A DNA stretch of 64,000 nt, taken from the IMG/VR virus record IMGVR_UViG_3300003310_000098, positions 28,717 to 92,716 of that record; one strand, 5' to 3'. Shown piece after piece: positions 8,545 through 17,863 of the stretch. Both the position numbers and the translations under genes were made by a program. Under the pieces are notes generated by a model, which did not search any database, was not told the DNA's origin, and worked only from the letters and a program-made list of their open reading frames with translations. Within the stretch, counting starts at the first letter, position 1. Every line of letters begins with the position of its first letter. Origin of the DNA: a virus.

Positions 8545-9398
8545 GACAATAACCTTTTATCTAATTCAATAATATAATCACGCCCGTAAGGGCCGTTTTC
8601 CAAACCATCAATCAAATTCTGTGGCAAATCCTGTTTCACCTCTTTACAAAGACTTGCTGGACCCATTGCTATTGCACAGATAGTATCAGTATCACCAGCA
8701 AAATTCACACAATTGACCAGCAACTCGGTCAAACTATCGCTTCTCACGATAGCATCAATGGCTGCTGTAACACAAGGCCAACCTTCCACTGGAATATGAT
8801 CGTATTTCTTCAAATGCTCTGTGCCTATCGGCAACCAAGGCATAGGATACAATTTATCCAACCATTTAAGCAGATCAGCTTTAGGTCCAAGATCGTAACG
8901 AAAATAATGAGTCATTGCTGCTGCACATAATGCTGAGCCATTTCCTTCATCAGTGTTATGAGTAAGGGTAGACTGCATGAAACATTTTTCCTTAACCTCA
9001 CTCAAATTTGGGTATAGCCCAAGTGGCGCTGCACGCATTGCTGCACCAGAACGATTGCTGTCGTTACGGATATCGTGAACGAAGTCGGTGCCGTTCTTAT
9101 GGTTAAGTAGGAATAGATAGAAACCTGGAGCATAACCACGTCTAGGGTCACGATGGAAGCATTCTACGAATTTTTGAGCGATATCGTAATGGCCCCACTC
9201 ATTCTTATTCTCAAGCATCAACTCAGCCATCGCCAGAGTCATCTGAGTATCATCAGTATAATTGCCTGGCTTGATAAGGGAGGGATTCTCTTCCAGAGTG
9301 ATGTATCTGAGTTCCTTAAGATATTTTTTTATTATCCAACGATCAGTCCACTCGTAACACGCACCAAAAGCATCCCCAACAGCGATTTCTAGTAGCAT
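8541..9398 (-). CDS. ADP-ribosylglycohydrolase (DraG/ARH family)
   Basis: AVGDAFG, YTDDTQM, GAAMR, GDTDT. Confidence 0.92.
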   Translation of the reverse strand: MLLEIAVGDAFGACYEWTDRWIIKKYLKELRYITLEENPSLIKPGNYTDDTQMTLAMAELMLENKNEWGHYDIAQKFVECFHRDPRRGYAPGFYLFLLNHKNGTDFVHDIRNDSNRSGAAMRAAPLGLYPNLSEVKEKCFMQSTLTHNTDEGNGSALCAAAMTHYFRYDLGPKADLLKWLDKLYPMPWLPIGTEHLKKYDHIPVEGWPCVTAAIDAIVRSDSLTELLVNCVNFAGDTDTICAIAMGPASLCKEVKQDLPQNLIDGLENGPYGRDYIIELDKRLLS

Positions 9399-9427
9399 AA
9401 AATTTTCTCCTATGCTATTATATAAAT

Positions 9428-9913
9428 ATGCTTACAAAAGTACAAGATTCTATTGTAGTTCAACTACCTCGTTTTAACGATGAAAGAGGTTTTTTTGAAG
9501 AGTTATACTCGTTAAAACAATTGCCAAACTTCTCCTGTATGCAAATCAACTGTTCAAGGTCCAAGAAGGATGTATTGCGGGGTATGCACATTGCCCCATT
9601 TGCCAAATTGGTGCATTGTGTAAAAGGCAAAATTTTTGATGTAGTGGCGGACATGAGGGAAGGGTCAAATACTTATCTGCAATGGTATGGAGTAGAATTA
9701 AATGAAGATAATCAATTGTCGCTCTACATTCCGCATAATTGCGCACATGGTTTCTTAGCATTAGAAGAATCCATCGTAGTATACGCACAGGATGGGCTTT
9801 ATGACCCGAAAACAGAATCTTCGGTTCATTATGCATCACTTGGCATTGAATGGCCAGGAACTAATTTTATAGTCTCGAAAAAGGATGCTAAAGCAAAGAC
9901 TTTATATGGTTAA
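9428..9913 (+). CDS. rmlC: dTDP-4-dehydrorhamnose 3,5-epimerase
   Basis: DERGFFEE, LRGMH, KLVHCVKG.IFDV..D.R, AHGFL. Confidence 0.92.
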   Translation: MLTKVQDSIVVQLPRFNDERGFFEELYSLKQLPNFSCMQINCSRSKKDVLRGMHIAPFAKLVHCVKGKIFDVVADMREGSNTYLQWYGVELNEDNQLSLYIPHNCAHGFLALEESIVVYAQDGLYDPKTESSVHYASLGIEWPGTNFIVSKKDAKAKTLYG

Positions 9914-11135
9914 TGGCTATGTCCACCTCTTCTTTTTTCAAGGTTAGGTGCGGACGGAAGCGAATTGAGCAATTGCCAGATTTAAGGCAGAATATTTTTT
10001 CATTTAGTTTGTTGAGAAACTGATCCCTGGCATGGGTATCCGAGAGGTCGAAGGCTAACATAAGCCCACGACCTCTCGCATTTTTAAGAGGTAGTTCTTT
10101 CAATTGCTGCAAGAAATACTCACCTACTTCTCTTGCGTTTTCTACAAGATTTTCTTCTTGTATGATTTTCAAGAAAATAGTGCTTCGTATCATATCGAAT
10201 AAACTGCCTCCCCACGTTGAATTAATGCGACCTGAAATATTGAAGACATTGTTTGGGATTTCGTCTATTCTATTTGTTGCACAAAAACCACAAACCTGAG
10301 TCTTTTTGCCGAAGGACATCATATCAGGCACAACACCAAAATGCTGGTACGCCCACATTTTGCCCGTCATGCCCAGCCCCGTTTGGACTTCATCTAAGAT
10401 AAACATTGCTTCGTAATCAGTGGCCAATTGCCTGAGCGCCTGAAGATATTCAGGTCTGAAGTGATTGTCACCCCCTTCGCCTTGGATAGTCTCAAGAATT
10501 ATAGCTGCCACTTTTTTAGACTTTAATGCCTCATATACTTGATTCAAACTAACCTGCTCAATCCTCTCATGATCGCTTCCTTCAACAACTTTAGGGTTAG
10601 CTACCCTAGTCCATTTAAACTGTGGATACCATTTAGTTTTTGTTACGCCAGTATTCGTGAGAGATAGTGTGTAACCACTTCTCCCATGAAAAGCTTCTGT
10701 TAAATGTATTACATCCAAGTCATTAACGTTTGAGAAGTCGTAATAGTCGTCCCAACCTAGTTTCTGTGCTTTCCAATCGAATGCAGCCTTCAAAGCGTTT
10801 TCAACACCAAGAGTACCACCCGAAATAAAGAAATAATGTTTAAAATCAGAGGTGACTTTGGCAAATTCTTTCACGAATTCAAGATAAGGTTCTGTATACA
10901 CATCACTATTTGCGATTGGATTCAGCACAGCATGACCAAACTTAGAGACATTTTGTTTTATCTTGGGATGGTTCCAACCAAGTGGCTGACTAGCAAACTG
11001 TGAGTATAAATCAAGATACTCTTTGCCAGTTACAGCATCTACAAACCATGAACCATGACTTGCTTTCAAGTCTGCAACATGGTGGAAACCATCTACCAAT
11101 ATGTAGTTTTTGAGTTCTTCGTGAATGTAAGACAT
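9888..11135 (-). CDS. lat: L-lysine 6-aminotransferase (class III PLP aminotransferase)
   Basis: FHGRSGYTLSLTNT, IQGEGGDNHFR, DEVQTG, FGKKTQVCG, RINSTWGG. Confidence 0.9.
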   Translation of the reverse strand: MSYIHEELKNYILVDGFHHVADLKASHGSWFVDAVTGKEYLDLYSQFASQPLGWNHPKIKQNVSKFGHAVLNPIANSDVYTEPYLEFVKEFAKVTSDFKHYFFISGGTLGVENALKAAFDWKAQKLGWDDYYDFSNVNDLDVIHLTEAFHGRSGYTLSLTNTGVTKTKWYPQFKWTRVANPKVVEGSDHERIEQVSLNQVYEALKSKKVAAIILETIQGEGGDNHFRPEYLQALRQLATDYEAMFILDEVQTGLGMTGKMWAYQHFGVVPDMMSFGKKTQVCGFCATNRIDEIPNNVFNISGRINSTWGGSLFDMIRSTIFLKIIQEENLVENAREVGEYFLQQLKELPLKNARGRGLMLAFDLSDTHARDQFLNKLNEKIFCLKSGNCSIRFRPHLTLKKEEVDIAINHIKSLL

Positions 11136-11165
11136 ATAAATAATGAAGTAAAGCTCTATTATTAA

Positions 11166-12215
11166 ATGGCCAAAATATTTTTACATATACCCAATGAGAC
11201 AGCGTGCAGCTTATATAGGGGAACTTTACCAGTAGCACATTGTTATCATGAACTTGCGAATCATGGCGTAAGAATAATCGGAGATAAAGCCCCTCTGCAT
11301 GAAGAAGAATTCTCACACTATATATTTAATCGAGTGGTGAATAAAGATTTCTACGCTCAGCATATTGAACATTATCTCAGGGCCAATAAGAAATTGATAT
11401 GGCAAACTGATGATGATCTTTGGAATATACCAAATTGGAACCCAAGCTCAAAACTCATAACCCGTGAACTATTGAACATGACTAATGTTTTTATGAGTAA
11501 AGCATTAAAGTACATAGTTAGCACGGATGAACTTGCAAATTTAATTAATGAACCAGAGAAAACGTATGTATTACCAAACCTTATTGATTCAAGTTATTTT
11601 ACACCAGAAATAGAGAAGGTGGAGGGGCCAGTCAAAATTGTATGGGCTGGTTCAGCCTCGCATGATAATGATTTAGAGCAGATTATAGAACCTTTAATAA
11701 AGATATTGGAAAAGTATAGGGAACGAGTCTTTGCTATTTTCTGGGGATATCTTCCCACTGGTTTAGCCAATTTTGAAAGAGAGCCTGGCTTTCCTCACGC
11801 TAATATTGTGCCAAAATACCCTAATTTATTCTATGGAGAATGGTTCAGTGGAAGAATGTATTACCAAAAACTGATGCAACTCCAAACAGATATAGCAATC
11901 ATGCCTTTGAGTAATTGTAAGTTCAATTACTCAAAAAGCAACTTGAAATATCTTGAATTAGCTATGAGCGGTGCTGCTTGTATAGCTACAAAATTGCCGC
12001 CTTATGCATGTATTAAGCATAATGAGACTGGAATGTTAGTTGAACCTGATGATAATGATGATTGGTTTAACTGCATGGAGGAATTAATTGAAAACAAAGA
12101 TTTAAGAAGAAGACTGGCAAAAAACGCTAGACAGCAGGTTGTAGAAGAATACTCATGGCAATGTTCTCAAAGGAATAAGTGGGTAAAAGCTTTCTTGGAA
12201 ATTGCTAGTTTATAA
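11166..12215 (+). CDS. Glycosyltransferase (GT-B, GT4-like)
   Basis: WAGSASH..D, FNYSKSNLKYLE, HNETGMLV. Confidence 0.88.
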   Translation: MAKIFLHIPNETACSLYRGTLPVAHCYHELANHGVRIIGDKAPLHEEEFSHYIFNRVVNKDFYAQHIEHYLRANKKLIWQTDDDLWNIPNWNPSSKLITRELLNMTNVFMSKALKYIVSTDELANLINEPEKTYVLPNLIDSSYFTPEIEKVEGPVKIVWAGSASHDNDLEQIIEPLIKILEKYRERVFAIFWGYLPTGLANFEREPGFPHANIVPKYPNLFYGEWFSGRMYYQKLMQLQTDIAIMPLSNCKFNYSKSNLKYLELAMSGAACIATKLPPYACIKHNETGMLVEPDDNDDWFNCMEELIENKDLRRRLAKNARQQVVEEYSWQCSQRNKWVKAFLEIASL

Positions 12216-12488
12216 GCTTTTATGAATTTTAACGGGGTCGTGTTGAGTTTGTTGGGCGGCGGTTTTATCGCCATCCTGCCAGAAATATGGTTTGAATTTA
12301 CCCCAATTTTCATAAGGGGCGGTGGGACTCACATCTTTTTCGTACATGTATGTAATTGCATCAGCACCCCAAGTGATAACGTCTTGGGGGCAATAATTAA
12401 AAACCTGAGTATACAAAGGGGGATATAGTCCAACTTTGGCTCTAGTTGATGTAGAATTATGTTCTAACCATTGCATAAAAGTCCGCAT
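12210..12488 (-). CDS. Small putative head-internal protein (GLYPP family)
   Basis: MRTFMQWLE start; paralogue of 15553..15768. Confidence 0.75.
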   Translation of the reverse strand: MRTFMQWLEHNSTSTRAKVGLYPPLYTQVFNYCPQDVITWGADAITYMYEKDVSPTAPYENWGKFKPYFWQDGDKTAAQQTQHDPVKIHKSL

Positions 12489-12489
12489 A

Positions 12490-12666
12490 TTAATCCTTGT
12501 GCAAATCACCTTTTTTAAATCTCATTGCTAATGCATATTGACGGCTACCTTTAGGACAATCTGGATTAGGGGCTGGCGTACATCTACCCTTCTTAAGATG
12601 AGCTTTCTGAATCCATTTTTCTTCATTTTGGATTCTAGATTCGTAATATTCTTTAAAAGTTGTCAT
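12490..12666 (-). CDS. Small putative head-internal protein (58 aa)
   Basis: AGGAG RBS; MTTFKEYYESRIQNEEKWIQKAHLKKGRCTP...; not in ORF track. Confidence 0.75.
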   Translation of the reverse strand: MTTFKEYYESRIQNEEKWIQKAHLKKGRCTPAPNPDCPKGSRQYALAMRFKKGDLHKD

Positions 12667-12688
12667 TTATTACTCCTTTGTTGTATAT

Positions 12689-12907
12689 ATGCTAAAAAGA
12701 TTCATTATCAGATTGTTGATGTTCATAAATTTAGGGGAAGGTATAATACATTTAGCGGTATCATTGATTTCCTTATGGGGAATTTATGACTTGGGTATTT
12801 GGGATTGGAGAGTCCTTACAGCACCCTTGACAGACCTTGTATTAGGATTAACTTCTTTATTCACTGCTTTTGTTCTAAAAGATTTTGCCCATCACCATCA
12901 TAAATAA
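12689..12907 (+). CDS. Small membrane protein with His-rich C-terminus
   Basis: Two hydrophobic segments, ends AHHHHK. Confidence 0.6.
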   Translation: MLKRFIIRLLMFINLGEGIIHLAVSLISLWGIYDLGIWDWRVLTAPLTDLVLGLTSLFTAFVLKDFAHHHHK

Positions 12908-12944
12908 TTATTAATTGCAGCATATATAACTCGGAGGTAATTTT

Positions 12945-13136
12945 ATGTTAACTTGGAAGACTTTTGTAGAAGGCAAGCTAAAAGACCTGGAAGATATGGA
13001 AGAGAAGCTAGGCAAAGACCTAGATGGGGATGACGAAGAAGGTGAATCCAAGGCCCACAAGAAGAAGGTCTTTGGTAAAGTTGCACCAGATGATGAAGAA
13101 CAGGAAGAAGAAGACGAAGAAGAAGATGAGGATTAA
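12945..13136 (+). CDS. Small acidic putative head-internal protein
   Basis: GGAGG RBS, MLTWKTFVE, D/E-rich. Confidence 0.8.
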   Translation: MLTWKTFVEGKLKDLEDMEEKLGKDLDGDDEEGESKAHKKKVFGKVAPDDEEQEEEDEEEDED

Positions 13137-13151
13137 CCTCATATAAAACTC

Positions 13152-13178
13152 AAAAGCTGGCTAATGCCAGCTTTTTTT
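13152..13178 (+). terminator. Intrinsic terminator
   Basis: AAAAGCTGGC-TAAT-GCCAGCTTTTTTT. Confidence 0.8.
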
Positions 13179-13329
13179 ATGCGCAAGTTTTTACATATAA
13201 ACAGGTTAAAAATAGTGTCAAAAATTCCATTTTTGGGAATAATTAGCATAAAATAACAAAATGCCTGCTACACATCCGATGTAGCAAGCACTTTGTTAAT
13301 TAGAAAGGCTATCATTCTTACAAACTCAA

Positions 13330-13704
13330 TTACGTTGGGGAAATTGCAGAAGCTGGGCCATCGTTCTCCAAAGAACCCCATAGACCCTTCTTGACAATCT
13401 GCCAACATACTTCGTCGTCATCGCCACCAGTGATCTGGAAGGAAGAAGCTGTGAAGTTGCCAACGTATGGATATGTTGCTGATCCACCCTGTAGGAATGC
13501 GCAATACAAACCTGCACCACCTGGAAGAGTTGGATAATAGACTGTTGCGAAACCGCTTGCGTCCAATTCGGCTTCACCGCAAGCTACGACTCTTGGACCA
13601 ATTAAACGATGGACACCAAGAGCCATGTGTTCTGAACCCTTATTACCTGCACCGTAAGCAGCGGCGGAACCCGTTCCAACGCCTGTTACACTTGTTGCAC
13701 CCAT
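13330..13704 (-). CDS. Putative virion protein (Gly/Ser/Thr-rich N-terminus)
   Basis: GGAGG RBS before MGATSVTG; TATAAATA at 13742-13749 (minus). Confidence 0.7.
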   Translation of the reverse strand: MGATSVTGVGTGSAAAYGAGNKGSEHMALGVHRLIGPRVVACGEAELDASGFATVYYPTLPGGAGLYCAFLQGGSATYPYVGNFTASSFQITGGDDDEVCWQIVKKGLWGSLENDGPASAISPT

Positions 13705-13815
13705 ATAGAAATACCTCCATTGTAAAAAAAGATTTCTACCATATTTATATTTCATAAAAATATTTTGTTCGTAGATTGGTAAAATTTAATATATATACAA
13801 AGAAAGGATAAATGC

Positions 13816-14391
13816 ATGACATATTACGATAATCCGAGTATGGCTGACTGGCACAAACAGATCATTATAGGTACTGTTTTGGGTGGGTCTTCTTTAGTAA
13901 AGCCTAAAAAGGGCAAGAATTGCTATCTTTTCATGAGATGTGCTGATAAGAAATGGCTTGAATATAAGGCTTATGAGCTAAGTCCATTAGCATCACAAAG
14001 ACCTTTTACCAAGGAAGGCAATACCATTCGATGGCATTCAAATTGTTATCCTATTTTTACCGATTATTATAATATGTTCTATAAGAACAACAAGAAAACT
14101 GTGAATATGGATATTTTGGACTCACTGCGGGACATTGGATTAGCTATATGGTATGTAGATTGCGGGAAATTGCATAAAAATAAGATAATTTTGAACACAA
14201 ACAAGTTCGGTGAAGAAGGAACGAAGACGATAATAAAATATTTTGATGAAGTAGGTGTAGGAGAAACCAATTTGGTAAAAGAAAGACAATACACAAGACT
14301 GGAATTTTCACCAAATGCTACGACCAAGTTTCTTTTGATTGTTGCTAATAGAATACCTGATTTCATGCACGCAAAGCTATTGCCAAAATAA
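13816..14391 (+). CDS. Free-standing LAGLIDADG homing endonuclease
   Basis: QIIIGTVLGGSS and GLAIWYVDCG motifs (first acidic residue appears lost). Confidence 0.8.
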   Translation: MTYYDNPSMADWHKQIIIGTVLGGSSLVKPKKGKNCYLFMRCADKKWLEYKAYELSPLASQRPFTKEGNTIRWHSNCYPIFTDYYNMFYKNNKKTVNMDILDSLRDIGLAIWYVDCGKLHKNKIILNTNKFGEEGTKTIIKYFDEVGVGETNLVKERQYTRLEFSPNATTKFLLIVANRIPDFMHAKLLPK

Positions 14392-14414
14392 AGTGATAGC
14401 ATTATAATCTAGTC

Positions 14415-14804
14415 ATGTACCAGTTAAATATCAAAGAATCGAAAGCCCTGGAAAGGGGCATTGATGTTCACCGACTGAAAGCTGGTACTATTCTTTTGAT
14501 AATGACCAGAAACAATCTATACAAATTAATCAAGACAGACAGGGAGGGGATCGTATATGCGCAAGGTGGCAAATACTTTATTGAACCTACTGAAGTGTAT
14601 TTTAGTGGTTCAACTTTTGGTGGGTCGATGATGAAGATTGGCTGGATTGGTTATGGCATGATTATGGAAATGCATATTATCGAAAAGAAAAAAGGAATAA
14701 AAACATCTCCTGTACATGCTGCTAAAATAATAGGCAATGGTTGGGAATACGATATAGATTGGGCAGATATTGCTACGGCTAAAATAACAAAGGGGGAGAT
14801 TTAA
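14415..14804 (+). CDS. Hypothetical protein
   Basis: TATAAT-N6-ATG; GSTFGGSMMKIGWIG motif. Confidence 0.8.
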   Translation: MYQLNIKESKALERGIDVHRLKAGTILLIMTRNNLYKLIKTDREGIVYAQGGKYFIEPTEVYFSGSTFGGSMMKIGWIGYGMIMEMHIIEKKKGIKTSPVHAAKIIGNGWEYDIDWADIATAKITKGEI

Positions 14805-14817
14805 CTCCCCCTTTGTT
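14786..14817. terminator. Bidirectional terminator
   Basis: AACAAAGGGGGAG-ATTTAA-CTCCCCCTTTGTT between convergent genes. Confidence 0.75.
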
Positions 14818-14823
14818 CACTTT

Positions 14824-15237
14824 TTAAGAAACGCTGTATACGCCGCGTTCGGTGTTTTTGAGAACACCTTCAGCAACTAAGCGACCAAGAGCAACGCCAG
14901 GATTTGTGGTGCGGCCTTGGTTGAGGAGAAACCTTCGAATATCCCTTGGCCTGGCTGGGCCATTGCTTTCCAAGAAGGTACGAATGAGTTGTGAGACTGT
15001 GGCTTCTTTCTTGGTAACAATAGGTGTGGACTTTTGTGGCTCAATGCCACATTGTTTTTGCATCTGTTGCAAAGCTTCGGCCATTTTAGTTTGCGTGAAC
15101 TTCTTTCTTTCCTGCCACAAATTGGATTGCTCCTGGCAGTAATTAATCTCAGAAGTGAAATCTTTCACTATCTTTTCCAGTTGGGCAGAAAACTCATCTT
15201 GAGTTTCTGATACAGGTTTCGCCGTCTGTGGTTCCAT
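14824..15237 (-). CDS. Coiled coil + winged-HTH DNA-binding protein
   Basis: C-terminal LGRLVAEGVLKNTERGVYS. Confidence 0.7.
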   Translation of the reverse strand: MEPQTAKPVSETQDEFSAQLEKIVKDFTSEINYCQEQSNLWQERKKFTQTKMAEALQQMQKQCGIEPQKSTPIVTKKEATVSQLIRTFLESNGPARPRDIRRFLLNQGRTTNPGVALGRLVAEGVLKNTERGVYSVS

Positions 15238-15285
15238 AAGGGATACTCCAAAACGAGTGCCATGATTTGTAAAGGCGACATATCA

Positions 15286-15313
15286 TTAATACCACCACGT
15301 TTCTTGTTGTCAA
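15286..15313 (-). promoter_or_regulatory. Sigma70-type promoter
   Basis: TTGACA-N16-TATTAA. Confidence 0.6.
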
Positions 15314-15353
15314 GGGAAATTTTCAGTTTTTCTTCGCTGGGTGGGTAGATACC

Positions 15354-15551
15354 ATGATGATTACATTCAGAGAATTTATGAAAATCAAGGAAGAAAATGG
15401 TCTTTTCTCGCAAGGCCAAGAAACTGGTAACACGAAAAAAAATAAGCGTGATCCCAATCTTGTCCGTGGAGGTGCCAGTGGATTTACTGGAAGTGGTATC
15501 CAGGCTGGTGCTGCTGGACCAACCGCTGCCCCCATTCGCATGAAGAAATAA
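15354..15551 (+). CDS. Small putative head-internal protein
   Basis: MITFREFMKIKEE. Confidence 0.7.
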   Translation: MMITFREFMKIKEENGLFSQGQETGNTKKNKRDPNLVRGGASGFTGSGIQAGAAGPTAAPIRMKK

Positions 15552-15552
15552 A

Positions 15553-15768
15553 ATGTTACAATTCAAACTTTGGCTAGAAGATCATCGAAGAACATCTGGT
15601 AAACTTGGGTTGTACCCGCCATTGTACACGCAATACATGAATTACCCACCACAAGTCATTGTCAACTGGAGTGCTGACGCCATCACCTATATGGACCCAG
15701 CAGATGCTACGGGTAAGGATTACACTGGTAAATTCCATCCTTACTTCTGGAAAAACAAAAAGATGTAA
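15553..15768 (+). CDS. Small putative head-internal protein (GLYPP family)
   Basis: MLQFKLWLE; KLGLYPPLYTQ. Confidence 0.75.
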   Translation: MLQFKLWLEDHRRTSGKLGLYPPLYTQYMNYPPQVIVNWSADAITYMDPADATGKDYTGKFHPYFWKNKKM

Positions 15769-15775
15769 TTTTTTC

Positions 15776-15803
15776 TTGACAAAAATCTTTTTGGTACTAT
15801 GAT
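15776..15803 (+). promoter_or_regulatory. Sigma70-type promoter
   Basis: TTGACA-N16-TATGAT. Confidence 0.65.
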
Positions 15804-15872
15804 AGATAGTGTTGATGGCAATAGGGCCATCGCAAGTTGCAGCAATCGGCTGCGAAGAAAAGGAAGAAGATT

Positions 15873-16760
15873 ATGTCAATTCAAGAAATGTATGATGCTG
15901 CGCTCGCAGTCATCAAGGAACACAACTCAGTCATCGGTCAGGGCAATCCTGGCTATCTAGACCCAGACAAGTTCCTTCCCTGTATCAAAGCTGCTGGTGG
16001 TACTACCGTAGATAGGCTCAAGAGTTTATCCTATGAGGATATTCTAGCTTGTATGCCTAGTGACGGTGTTACAGTTAAACCAATCGCCATTGCTAAGGAT
16101 ATCGCCAAGATTTTCCGTGGCAAGGAAGACACTAAGGTAGAGAATCGTCCAGTTTCCGCTAAAAAAGCAGATAAGATGACTCTGCTGGAACTGGTTCAAG
16201 CCTATGACCCAGAAGAAGACAACGCAGTTTCCAAGAGACTCAAGGAAGTTTCTCGCAACGAACCCTTCATCGTCTTCTCATCGGGCAGAACCGTAGACGT
16301 TGATACCACCATTAAGCTTCTGCAAGAAGTAAAACAGGGTTATGAAGGTCGCCAGAACACTGATGTTAATGGCGAACCCAAGGAAGTTTATAGGGTTGGT
16401 GGCCTGCCTGACAATTTTGTAGACGAAAACCCACTCTACCGCAATCGTCCACTACGTCCAGACGGCACCTGTGACCAGACAGGGCGTTCTTGGAACGGCG
16501 TAGATATGAAAGTTCGTCAACTTATTCGCCTGGCAATTGAAACCGATGAATTAACAGTTTCAATTGAAAAAGCCCATGACGTTCTTGATCTTGTAATGTC
16601 TGACTCACCTTGGAACAAGTTAGCTAGCCGTTATCGTAAGGCAGCAGTTGAATTCAAGAGACTTGAAGGCATGGGTAAGCTTCCAATGCTCAAATTGGTG
16701 TTGAAGAAAGATAAGGGGGGAAGCGAAGGCAAAAACCCTTTTCAACAGGGAAAAAGGTAG
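15873..16760 (+). CDS. Hypothetical protein (probable early gene)
   Basis: AAGGA RBS before MSIQEM; long ORF. Confidence 0.8.
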   Translation: MSIQEMYDAALAVIKEHNSVIGQGNPGYLDPDKFLPCIKAAGGTTVDRLKSLSYEDILACMPSDGVTVKPIAIAKDIAKIFRGKEDTKVENRPVSAKKADKMTLLELVQAYDPEEDNAVSKRLKEVSRNEPFIVFSSGRTVDVDTTIKLLQEVKQGYEGRQNTDVNGEPKEVYRVGGLPDNFVDENPLYRNRPLRPDGTCDQTGRSWNGVDMKVRQLIRLAIETDELTVSIEKAHDVLDLVMSDSPWNKLASRYRKAAVEFKRLEGMGKLPMLKLVLKKDKGGSEGKNPFQQGKR

Positions 16761-16762
16761 AT

Positions 16763-16873
16763 ATGAAAAGTGGTTATGGTGGAACTCAGTTAAGAAATGC
16801 CCCTGAAATGCCTAGAGATGACTATGAACGCTATTATCAAAAATGGCGTCGTGATTTTGACAACAAGAGTTAA
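16763..16873 (+). CDS. Possible 36-aa peptide
   Basis: MKSGYGGTQLRNAPE...; directly after stop. Confidence 0.35.
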   Translation: MKSGYGGTQLRNAPEMPRDDYERYYQKWRRDFDNKS

Positions 16874-16879
16874 TTAAAC

Positions 16880-16913
16880 AAAAGTGCAGGGGTATGAATT
16901 CCCCTGCACTTTT
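16880..16913 (+). terminator. Intrinsic terminator/hairpin
   Basis: AAAAGTGCAGGGG...CCCCTGCACTTTT. Confidence 0.7.
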
Positions 16914-16938
16914 ATCTCACACAAAAAGGAAAATAAAT

Positions 16939-17823
16939 ATGAAAAAGAAACCAGTTACGCATGTGGTCCTCATTTTAGACCAATCAGGTTCTATGGAAGA
17001 CACAAGGACTGCGGCTGTTCAAAATTATAATGAACAGGTGCAACAAGCGAAGTTAAATTCTAAAGATCAGGATATTTTCTGTTCTTTAGTCACCTTCAAT
17101 GGTGAAGTTTTTGAGCATGTTTGGGCTGAAAAAGCCGAAAATCTGAATGAAGCAACCTTGGAAGACTATGTAACCGAAGGTGCAACCGCTATGCGGGATG
17201 CAATCGGTTATACTGTCAAGAAGTTGCTAGAAACGACTGACCACAAGGATGAGAATGTATCCTATCTTGTGGTTATCATTTCTGATGGTGAAGAGAACTC
17301 ATCCAAGCATTTTAAGCGACTTTCAGATTACGATATCAGGGCAGGCAAGAAGGATGAGCTTAAGTCCATGATGGAAGAAGTCCAAAAGACAAAGAGATGG
17401 ACTTTCACTTACATGGGTTGTGATGATGCTTATATCAAGCAAGTAGCAGAGGAAACTTCTATCCCAATTGCCAACTGTGCTAAGTGGTCTAACGCAACTT
17501 CAGCAATGGCTGCAAAGGGCTTACATCACAACAGACGTAGGTTGGAGAAGTTCTATGCTTGTAGATCGGCAGGTGAAACAGGCTCTGCACAAGTTTACTC
17601 TGATGTTGAGTGTTGCTTGGCAGATTTCACGGCTGATGAACCTGTTGAGGTTGGACCTGTTGGCGGCGGTGTGATTAACACACTGAATCCAGCATGGAGC
17701 ATCAATAACGGTATTAACAACATGAGTGTACTCAAGGTTGATGATGCCAAGGTAGTCAATGCTGTAAATAGTGCCCAGCCGTTTACAAATCGTTCTCCAG
17801 TAAGCTGGATAGCAACAAAGTAA
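16939..17823 (+). CDS. vWA domain protein
   Basis: LDQSGSM MIDAS, T.MRDAIG, SDGEENSS. Confidence 0.9.
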   Translation: MKKKPVTHVVLILDQSGSMEDTRTAAVQNYNEQVQQAKLNSKDQDIFCSLVTFNGEVFEHVWAEKAENLNEATLEDYVTEGATAMRDAIGYTVKKLLETTDHKDENVSYLVVIISDGEENSSKHFKRLSDYDIRAGKKDELKSMMEEVQKTKRWTFTYMGCDDAYIKQVAEETSIPIANCAKWSNATSAMAAKGLHHNRRRLEKFYACRSAGETGSAQVYSDVECCLADFTADEPVEVGPVGGGVINTLNPAWSINNGINNMSVLKVDDAKVVNAVNSAQPFTNRSPVSWIATK

Positions 17824-17831
17824 TATAACTC

Positions 17832-17863
17832 AAGTAAAGGCCACTGAGAGGTGGCCTTTACTT
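17832..17863. terminator. Bidirectional terminator
   Basis: AAGTAAAGGCCAC-TGAGAG-GTGGCCTTTACTT. Confidence 0.7.

Noticed and set aside
9421..9428. T4 late promoter TATAAATA for rmlC
   Set aside because: It overlaps the ATG itself; upstream TGCTATTAT fits an extended -10 better
13137..13329. tRNA or other RNA gene in this intergenic gap
   Set aside because: Only two terminator-like hairpins; no cloverleaf or T-loop motif seen
13816..14391. Group I intron hosting the LAGLIDADG ORF
   Set aside because: Flanking genes appear complete and there is no room for intron core elements
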